This document shows, in pieces, positions 54,896 to 64,000 of a DNA stretch of 64,000 nucleotides. The translations under genes were made by a program, and so were the position numbers. The notes below the pieces were generated by a model. The model made no database searches and was not told the DNA's origin. It saw nothing but the letters and a program-made list of their open reading frames with translations. This DNA comes from Ruditapes philippinarum (Eukaryota): contig NW_026861111.1 of NCBI RefSeq assembly GCF_026571515.1, forward strand, positions 1 to 64,000. Reading direction: 5' to 3'. The stretch's first letter is position 1. Each line of letters starts with the position of its first letter.

Positions 54896-55651
54896 GTAAG
54901 TGACATATTATTTTGATAAGCAGACGGTCAATTCGAAGAAGACGGATCTTGTCGCAATAACACTGAAGAAAACATAACAATACGAACAACACACGACTAC
55001 AATCTAGCGGTTCTAGGATATAAAATTATGACAGTATATACGAGGGCGTGTCTGAATTTTTTTTTGGATAATATTTCGGGCAGTTTGTGTTATATGGGTA
55101 TAATTTCATCTATTTAATGATTATTTAATGACTCTGTTGAACTCCCAAGATTAGTGAAACTGAAATTCTGCTCAGGATTTTGTTGAGAATTACCACATAT
55201 AAATAAAATCACTGTACCCTGTCTTGTGAGCCAATATAATTCAATGTGTACCATGTCTTGCAGTAAAGGCACATGTTACTTCTGACCACTGTACCTTTCT
55301 CTGTTACTTGCAGGCCTGTCATCACGATTTTGTGATTGGTGGTTCTAGGGGGGTACGGGGGCATGCTCCCCTTGAAATTCTTTTATTCTAGGATGCTCTC
55401 AGGAGAGTTTTCCCATGTATTTGGCTCAGTATACAGTCTGCTGTGAGTACATTATTATTTTGGCATATGTCACTGATTTTTCGTGGTAAGTTTAAAGAGT
55501 GAAAGGTTGGCTACTGATGGCATGACAGATGGACAGTTGTACATAAAAATATGAATAATTAATATTTAACAAATGAAAAATAAACATTAATTGATGTTGA
55601 TATAATTCTTCATTTTTATCTGATAATTATATATTAACAAATATAAGAAGT

Positions 55652-55990
55652 CAGTGATTTTTTCCCCTGTATTTTACAGCCGAATAAAGGCTGTTTACCC
55701 AGTAGCCCAAAATAGGTATATTTTCCCCTAAAAATGCTAATGAATCCCCCCCCTAAAATGCCCTGTGCACATTCTTCACGAGAGCAGCTTATAAAAGACA
55801 GAAAGCTGTCCCTATAGATAGCCTCTGCTATGAACCAATTATGCATATAAAATTGAACGGAAATTGAAAATTTTATAAAATTTCATAATCTCAGTTGTTT
55901 GAATTTAATTTTCCCCTTTTCTGATTTCAAGCGTTATATTTTCCCTTTCAGAAAGCCCTGGTTGTTTTGAAAATTAGGAAAAAACCACTG
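55652..55990. mobile_element. MITE with cagtg...cactg termini (hAT-like)
   Basis: cagtgattttttccc / ggaaaaaaccactg; a second copy lies at 23063-23800. Confidence 0.6.
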
Positions 55991-56836
55991 GAAATATTAC
56001 TTACAGTTGAAGTTGAACAGTAGTATGCAGATTGTGTTTCACAATGGTTTAATTTAAGTTCTATTATCAATTGGTTAGGGTTTCATTTTGTTATATGAAT
56101 TTTGGAAACAAAAGTAATTTTGGTTGAAGTGGTTCCGACAGAACTGTATTACAATTATAATAATATCTTGATATTTTAAATTTTTGTATAAAAAACTTGT
56201 ATGTGAACAGCAGTAGAATTTCAAGAATTGTGATGTAACTTTTGTACATACACATAATTATGTATAAACGGTAAACTGTCCGAAGCCACGTCGATATAAT
56301 GCCAATTAAGATAACAATTGACTTCGTAGTACCCCTACATGTACGTACCTGGTAAGTTAACAGTATCCAGTTGTATAGCATCATATTTGTATATTAATTA
56401 TTTGCACCTTGCATAAGGGGCCAGTTCAGTGTCAAATTGCAGTGTCAGCGACAAATGTTTTTGTTTTAGATTTTTTTTTTGTTATTTTGTTTTTTACCAC
56501 TAAGGACCAGACATTTTTGGCCTAAATATTGGTCCGGCAAAGGCTGGACTCAGACTGGACCATTGACACGAAAGCCCTTACTTGAGAGCATATACATTTA
56601 AACTTGTACCTTACTTTTGATAACAAGAAGGAGACTTGTTCATATACTGTCCTGGCTTGGGGTATGTTACTGTCTCGGGTATGTAGGTATGGGATTTCAG
56701 GTTTGAGCTCAACTAGGGTCACTTGTGGTCTTATATTGCTAATTCATCTGATCACAAATTGTACAGCATTGTTAAATTACATAATTAATGTATTACATTT
56801 AGTATTTTGAAAAGGTATTTTTTTCATGTTTCTTAA

Positions 56837-57346
56837 AGGGAGACACAGGCAAAATTTTCATTTCTTAGTTTTGAATTTTCATTCATTATTCTGTAAATGC
56901 CCTCAAAATGAATATATTAGGCAGTCAATGGAACAAAACTTTTCTCGATTTGAAGAATAAAATGGTGGTTTCCTAACTTGACCCACGTGGGTCAGGTTAG
57001 AGCGCTATGATTTCGCAATATTTGTCAAAGTGAACTCTGGAAACATTAAAGAACATTTCAAATGAATGACATAGACTTGTTTCAATCATACAATATCCAA
57101 AATATCTGTTATTGTAAGTTAAAAGGTTTGTTCAGGTCACCTTACTTGTTTTAAAACTATTTGGTGATTGTATTGGCGTCTAAATTTTGTTCAACATCAT
57201 ATTGATATATTTACGGTTCAAACCCAAAAAATATAGAATTCAGACAGAAATTCATGTTGAAACTTCAAGAAATGTCATTTTAGCCTGATTCATGAGTACA
57301 TAAGATCATTTACATATTTTTGTCATTATTTTGCCTAAATATCCCT
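56837..57346. mobile_element. Kolobok-like MITE
   Basis: TTAA on both flanks; TIRs agggagacacaggcaaaat / attttgcctaaatatccct. Confidence 0.7.
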
Positions 57347-57469
57347 TTAAGGTGACATGAGCTGGCATTTTCTTGTAAATTTTGTTAAGATACATTTATA
57401 AACAAAATGATTTTGAAAGAAAATGACAGGCACTATTTACCTGGAATATGGTAATTGTTCATCTTGATA

Positions 57470-57603
57470 ACATTTCAACTTAATTATGATAACTTTTCAA
57501 CTTAATTATGATTACTTTTCAACTTGAGTATGAATACTTTTCAACTTGAAATGATAACTGTTCAACTTGAATATTATAACTGTTAAACATAATTTTCAGA
57601 AAC
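57470..57603 (+). repeat. ~22-bp tandem repeat (~6 copies) ending on the EGF-exon acceptor
   Basis: ttttcaacttaattatgataac-type units grade into tgttaaacataattttcag|aaac. Confidence 0.7.
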
Positions 57604-57752
57604 ATCTGACATCCGGAACAAAGCATGTAAAGTCGATACAAAAGGAGTCCCTTCATGTAGCCAGCTGTGTATAAATGGCAGGGGAGGTTACTTGTGTTCT
57701 TGTTACCGTGGATATGTGTTAGCAGATGACAACCGGACATGTTTGGTTACAG
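57600..57752 (+). CDS. LDLR/LRP-like gene, EGF-domain exon
   Basis: ttttcag|aa...acag|gtatat; (E)TSDIRNKACKVDTKGVPSCSQLCINGRGGYLCSCYRGYVLADDNRTCLVT. Six-Cys EGF of the LDLR-family type; phase 1-1. Confidence 0.92.
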
Positions 57753-59340
57753 GTATATCTCACATTGTTTCATGTAAGAAGAAATTGTTTTGATTAATTT
57801 GTTTGTACAGACTAGTAACCTGCTGATGGTTTTAAAGGAACTAAAAAAAAAAGCTTCCATTTTCATACTGGCACCAGATGGGGCTAAAAAATTGCTGGAA
57901 TCACTTTGTCATGTCCGTTGGTCTGTCCGTCTGCACCACTGAAGTAGGTAAAGGGCCCATTTAACTAAACACAGAACAAAAGAAAACAAAAGAGTTCATT
58001 CTGTATCAAAACTGAATAAGGGAATCAATGGCCCTTTATTAAACAAAATAAATAGTCCCCAAATTAATTTTCCCTTTAAGGGGAGACTTTTTGCCCCATA
58101 ATTAGCTGCTTAAAATCCTGTTTTCCCCTTAAAAGGGTTTTTCTTCAACTTTTTTTTCTTTTAATAAAAATATGGGTAAGAAATTTAAATGTTACAAAAT
58201 AATTCAATGCCCCACATATAGGAAGTTTTTTTGACTGAATTTATTTTAAACAGTATATTTTAAAAAATCATTTTAAATTTAAGTTAAAAGAAGGAAAAAA
58301 AAGTAAACCCCTTCTATTATTTAAAATTATCAAAAGGTTTGTAAAACTGGGAAAATATATAAAAAGTTTCTAACCCTTGTTAAAATTTATTCAGATTGGT
58401 CATAAAAAAACAGTTAAAAATTGTTCATACGTGGGGGATTTTAAAAACTGGGGTTGATAAATGTCAACATATTTTTTTTTCCTAATTTTTTTCCAAAAGG
58501 ACTTTTTAAATTTTCCTTTTTTTATAATTTAAAAATAAAAAATTTTTTATACCCTTATCAAAAAATTTACCCTTTTGAGCTTTAGAAAAAAGTTTTTTCC
58601 TAAGCCAAAAATTTTTTAAAAAATAGAGAATGTGTATAAAAGGAAAACCCTTTATTATCTTGTAACACAAAATTTAATGAAAAAATTGTGACTTTTTAAA
58701 TTGTTTTTACATGAATTTATTATTGACAAATATTTGCAAAAGTCAAGGTCACTAAAGCTATAAAATTCCAGAAAATTTCCCCGACATAAAATTTTTTCCC
58801 TACATGATAGAGGGAAATTTTTTTATTACTTAATAGAATTTTTTTTACCCGGGAAATTTTAGCCCCGGGAGGGGGGTTTAAACGTCGGGTAAGGGGACGA
58901 TCCCATCCAAAAACCAAAAGAGTCCCCGCACTTTTTCATTCAACCCAAATCAAACCACAATCTTTTTGGGTTTTCCCAAAAACCCATTTTAAAAATATGA
59001 TGATATTATTTGTCGTTTCTGGGCGTGTTTACACATGTGCCCAATTTTCATCACAATTATTGCTAAGGATAAATGCTGACTTGGTCCAAAACCAGGCATG
59101 TTAACTTGTCAAAATAATGTATACTGCATCTAACATAATCTTTATTAAAAACAACACGCAAGTTCTTCTTTACCAGAATGATTTTATACAAAACACGTGT
59201 TTGTAACTGAGGATAAATGTGCCATTCAATATAAATATCTAAGTGATTTTAATTGTTTTATAAGTTGAATTAAAGTAACCTTGAAATAACTTCATGGTGA
59301 ACCATAATTATTTGCTTTAATACTGGACAATTTTTTACTG

Positions 59341-59378
<38 letters not shown>

Positions 59379-60160
59379 ACAAATGATGCATGAAAGTAAA
59401 ACAGAAACTATTGCAGTGGAGTCATACTCTAATGATAAATGTAAAACCTACATATATAAATGTGTATTTCTGTTAGTGTGTAATCAATTTAAGTGATATT
59501 TAACAATTAGGAACCCTGGCAGGAAGCGACCACTTCCTTGGAGTTTTATATCATTAAAATGTCTCTTAATAAAACTAAATTCTTAGTGTTTAACCTCATT
59601 TGACCCTGCTGGAATGCCTGTCTATAGAAAGTTTGGGTTTGTCTTAATATATTTACTACATGAAATTACAAGCAAAAAACAATACTGCCATAAAAAACGA
59701 AAACCCACTTGAATTTTAGAAGGAACGACTGGGCTACCCTTTTTGCTTAAATATTTTAACCAAGTCACACGTTCTTTTAGCCAGGGTTTTTTCTACTTTT
59801 AGTTTCCTTTATGCTCCAAATTTTTTTCTAAACTATTAAGGTTTTGATTTAAAAGAATAAGTGAAAACCCAAATTTTTCCCCCTTCCTTTATTATTAAAA
59901 ATTAAAAAAAGGCATTTTTTTTCCCAAAAAAAAGGAAAACATGATTTTATTTGGGCGGCCAAAAAAATGTTTTAATGGGAAAATTTAATATTTAAATTTT
60001 AAGGGGGTTATGTTTTTTTTCTGATAAAAAATTTTGTTTATTATTTTTTTGTAAAAGGAAATGAAAACCCGGGTAAATTTTTGGGGAACCAAAACAAGAC
60101 CCGTTAAAGGGGTACTATACTGAAAAAGAGGATATTGACACATTGACAAATCTTTTCCAG

Positions 60161-60182
60161 ATAGTACATGTTACGGCACTAG
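60161..60182 (+). CDS. Putative microexon (consensus 21 nt, DSHVTAL) of the LRP-like gene
   Basis: Good acceptor tcttttccag| and donor ctag|gtaa. As assembled it has 22 nt, one more than the array consensus, and lies next to a low-quality region. Confidence 0.5.
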
Positions 60183-61360
60183 GTAATGATTGTCAGGTAG
60201 TCATGTTAACGGCACTAGGTAAGTGATGTTGTCAGGTAGTCATGTCACGGCACTAGCTAAGTTATATTGTCAGAAAGTCGTGTTTTACACCACTAGGTAA
60301 GTGATATTGTCAGAAAGTCATGTTACAGCACTAGGTAAGTGATGTTGTCAGGTAGTCCATGTCACGGCACTAGCTAAGTTATATTGTCAGATAGTCATGT
60401 TACTGTACTAGGTAAGTGATATTGTCAGATAGTCATGTTACTGTACTAGGTAAGTGATATTGTCAGATAGTCATGTTACTGTACTAGGTAAGTGATATTG
60501 TCAGATAGTCATGTTACTGTACTAGGTAAGTGATATTGTCAGATAGTCATGTTACTGTACTAGGTAAGTGATATTGTCAGATAGTCATGTTACTGTACTA
60601 GGTAAGTGATATTGTCAGATAGTCATGTTACTGTACTAGGTAAGTGATATTGTCAGGTTGTCCTGTTACTGTACTAGGTAAGTGATATTGTCAGGATAGT
60701 CATGTTACTGTACTAGGTAAGTGATATTGTCAGATAGTCATGTTACTGTACTAGGTAAGTGATGTTGTCAGATAGTCATGTTACTGTACTAGGTAAGTGA
60801 TATTGTCAGATAGTCATGTTACTGTACTAGGTAAGTGATATTGTCAGATAGTCATGTTACTGTACTAGGTAAGTGATATTGTCAGATAGTCATGTTACTG
60901 TACTAGGTAAGTGATGTTGTCAGATAGTCATGTTACAGCACTAGTCAGGTAGTCATGTCAAACCACTAGGATAGTGATGTTGTCAGAAAGTCATGTCAAA
61001 CCACTAGGATAGTGATGTTGTCAGGTAGTCATGTCAAACCACTAGGATAGTGATGTTGTCAGAAAGTCATGTCAAACCACTAGGATAGTTATGTTGTCAG
61101 AAGGTCATGTCAAACCACTAGGGTAGTGATGGTGTCAGAAAGTCATGTCAAACCACTAGGGTAGTGATGTTGTCAGATAGTCATGTCACGGCACTAGGTA
61201 AGTGATGCTGTCAGATAGTCATGTCACGGCACTAGGGTAGTGATGTTGTCAGATAGTCATGTTACGGCACTAGGTAAGTTATATTGTCAAGTAGTCTTAT
61301 TAAAGTTCCATATTATTAGGAAAGTATATATTGTCATGTAGTCATATAACACCAATAGGA
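60161..61360 (+). repeat. 38-bp tandem array (~31 copies) of microexon + donor + acceptor-like sequence
   Basis: Unit atagtcatgttactgtactag-gtaagt-gatattgtcag; about 14 near-identical central copies, with variant copies at both ends. Confidence 0.95.
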
Positions 61361-61762
61361 TAGTTATATTATCTTAGCATTGAATAAAATGTCCTTAACA
61401 TAAGTGAAACTCCAAAAGTAGGATTGGTTGCACAATGTCCCCAGAAATTTGTTTTTTAATCTGACATAATTATGTTTCTTTAATAATGATATTTAAGCAC
61501 TGGTTTTGTTTTCCTTTTGTCTTTGTCTATGTAAAAATAAGGCAATTCTGTAGTAGAAAAAGTATTTTTATAAAGGCAACATTAATGCCTCAGAAATGAA
61601 TAGTTTTTTTCCTTCTTTAGAAACATTAAAAAAATCATTTAGAGCATGTAAAAGGTTTATCAATTTATAAAAGTAGCGCTGAGTGTGAAATATTCATAAT
61701 AAATAAGCAAAATGACACTAAATAAAGAATTATTTTAACTTCTACACAAAAACAATAAATAC

Positions 61763-61823
61763 CTGTAATTGAATTTATCGTCAAAGTTAACAGAGGCAAA
61801 AGATGGTCCAGGTAACTGGCCAT
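61763..61823 (-). CDS. Candidate signal-peptide exon on the antisense strand within an LRP intron
   Basis: ATG MASYLDHLLPLLTLTINSIT followed by acag|gtattt, phase 1, compatible with lectin exon 47885. Upstream pyrimidine tract and AG near 61872. Confidence 0.35.
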
Positions 61824-62031
61824 TATAGTATAGTTGTCTTGAGACCTTAACAGGACATCAAACATAGAGGGCTTGTCAGAAATAAAAACAACTAAACAAA
61901 AAAACATTTCTTTTGCATATTGGGCCTTTAAGTTAGTTTTACAATGTACATTATAGATACATTGTAAATAAATAAGGTAACTTTTTTAACTACATTGTAT
62001 ATTAACCAGTTGTAAATTTTTTTTGCTGCAG

Positions 62032-62145
62032 GTTTTGGTCCAGATGACATAATGTTGGTTGTATCTAGACATGGTAAAGCTGTATACAAAACAAAGTTAG
62101 ATGTTAAAAACCAAAAGGAAGAACCCGAAGTGTTAATAGATACAG
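62032..62145 (+). CDS. LDLR/LRP-like gene, first beta-propeller exon
   Basis: ttttgctgcag|gt...acag|gtaatt; (G)FGPDDIMLVVSRHGKAVYKTKLDVKNQKEEPEVLIDT; 114 nt, phase 1-1. Confidence 0.8.
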
Positions 62146-63094
62146 GTAATTTTTGATTTTAAAGTTTTCAAATTAAGGTTTCTATGTTCTTTGTTTGTTG
62201 TTGTTATTAATATTTTGATATTTGTTCAATAAGCTTAAGATACTTTTCAGCAATGTGAATAAACCTGCTAATTAAGGAGTCTCAAATGCCTTAATTATTG
62301 AATTAAAATATTAATATGGAGAATTGAAGACTATATTTTATAAAATTTCACCATAACAATAATTGTTCTCTCACATTGTGTCTCTTTGCCATTGGTCTGT
62401 CCGCAGGCATCTACTGATTTAGAAATCCTGTTGGATTGTTTTTTTTTCAGTCTGTCACTTTTGGAAAAATTTAGTTTTTATTTGATAGTAACATATTAAG
62501 GATTCAAACAGGTGTTAGTGGGGACTGACTGCCAATATATGTAACTTTAAACTGTTGTTTAAATAAATCATAGTTAAAACCAAAATTGAAAAACAAATTT
62601 ATATAGCAGGATATGTATGGGATGATAATTAATTTGTGATATTTTTCTAAAAATAAAGTCATATCAGTTATTGTACATTTTAGAATAGAGACTGCAAAAT
62701 GTATTAAACTAAATGTCAATTTGTCAATACCTACTTGAACAGTTGTTCAAAAGCTTTGCAAAAAATTGTTTGTGATATATATTATTTAAGAATGAAAATT
62801 TAAAAATCTGCATAATTCCATAATAATGTATATATTATATGTCATTAAATAATGTGACTAATGCAATAATGGCTGCTTTTTGTTATTTTCAAAGATTATA
62901 AGTGCTTTTTACAAAAGTGTAAATTACGATCTTTGTTCACTTTACAATATTACTTTACTATTTAATTATACTTATGAAAAATTTGTATGTATCTTTATGA
63001 AAATATTTATGTATTATGTATTATTTATGTATTTATGTATTCTTTATGAAACATTTATGAGAATGTTCATTGAAAGGCACGCTTATCATTTCAG

Positions 63095-63272
63095 GTCTGA
63101 GGCATGTAACTCGGTGTGGGGGCAGTTTGACTGGGTCACGTCTAATATATATATCTGGTTGACAAAGAAGTCGGTCAAATTATCGTATGTTCATGGAAGG
63201 GAGAGATAACTGCTCAATTCTTGTAACAAATCTGGTACGCCCGTGCTCAGTTCTGGTGAACGTAAACTCAAG
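63095..63272 (+). CDS. LDLR/LRP-like gene, YWTD (LDLR class B) exon with apparent frameshifts
   Basis: atttcag|gt...caag|gtaagt. Removing small insertions, mostly in runs, gives GLRHVTGVAVDWVTSNIYLVDKEVGQIIVCSWKGDNCSILVTNLVRPCSVLVNVNSR (AVDW..NIY..D motif). Confidence 0.8.
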
Positions 63273-63830
63273 GTAAGTTTATCATCAATATTGTTTTACC
63301 TTGCATGACTTAATTTGCCTGGTGTTTCATTGTTGAATGATATATGCAGTTAATAAGCAATTCTATTTATCATAGAGTGATATTTTTTTTAGGCTTTTCA
63401 AAGTTTACATTTAGCCCGAAGTCTCCATCCTGGAATCAGGATAGATATATTTTTCCCAATTGTGAATGATGACAGTTCTCCCTTCAGGAGTATATATATA
63501 TTAAAATAGAAATAAAACAATGATAAAGTTATGGACTGAATATTATGATAATTTAGATAAAGGGGGTCAATATGGTGTAAGAAAAAAGTGTTACTTTAAT
63601 AGTAATAATTAAGAATCATCCTTAAATTTAATTTCACACTTTATTTCGTTTATAAGGCTTATAAATATGTCTAGGTACATGCACAGAATTCTGATATACT
63701 AGTAATTTTCTGTCCCTTAAATACTTGTAGTTTAGTTTATATGAACGAATTATAGTTTGATTGTGTTAGAAGCTACAAGTTTATTGAAACACTCTCATGG
63801 TTCAGTGTAACACAGACAATAATGACATAT

Positions 63831-64000
63831 GAGCTGTGCCATAACAAAACCAACATAGTCAGGGTTTGCGACCAGCAAGGATCCAGACCAGCCTGCGCCT
63901 CAGCGCAGTCTGATCAGGATCCCTGCTGTTCATTGTCAGTTTTGTAATAGGGTTTGTAAGCAAACAGCATGGATCCTGATCAGACTGTGCGGAGGCGCAG
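63831..64000. mobile_element. Sola-like MITE copy cut by the window end
   Basis: Matches 50308-50541. Confidence 0.8.

Noticed and set aside
59341-59370. 30-nt poly(A) as a retrocopy tail
   Set aside because: No upstream coding or SINE body and no TSD seen; it lies between low-quality stretches.
60161-61360. CRISPR-like appearance of the 38-bp array
   Set aside because: Units are contiguous with no unique spacers, there are no cas genes, and the context is a eukaryotic intron.

Overview
AT-rich, intron-rich eukaryotic (animal) DNA. The repeat landscape (Helentron-type elements with ~140-165 bp internal tandem cores, tRNA-derived SINEs, Sola/Kolobok/pogo/mariner derivatives) and the gene families point to a bivalve mollusc; this is an inference. 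Three spliced genes were reconstructed by hand. (1) A + strand NLR-like gene, entering from the left edge: probable end of a DZIP3-type HEPN domain, a coiled coil, then NACHT-WH-LRR-like. Exons are 291-510, 1029-1079 and 17115-19291. Its 16-kb intron holds a mariner derivative and a decayed Gypsy element, and its C-terminal ~90 codons are disrupted. (2) A - strand type-I membrane C-type lectin receptor with five clear exons (47885 to 44396): Thr-rich stalk, TM segment and Tyr-motif/ITIM-like tail. Its signal-peptide exon is unresolved. (3) A + strand LDLR/LRP-like gene (signal peptide, EGF, 21-nt microexon, YWTD propeller) that runs off the right edge. The most striking pattern is that all three genes carry tandem arrays seeded exactly on their own splice junctions. 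One is ~31 copies of a complete AG-[21-nt microexon]-GTAAGT unit. There is also a 3.2-kb non-coding LTR element with TSD, PBS-like and PPT sites and an internal copy of its own LTR end. Parts of ~57950-60200 and the 63.1-kb exon look like poorly polished assembly. Most short ORFs in the supplied track are spurious.
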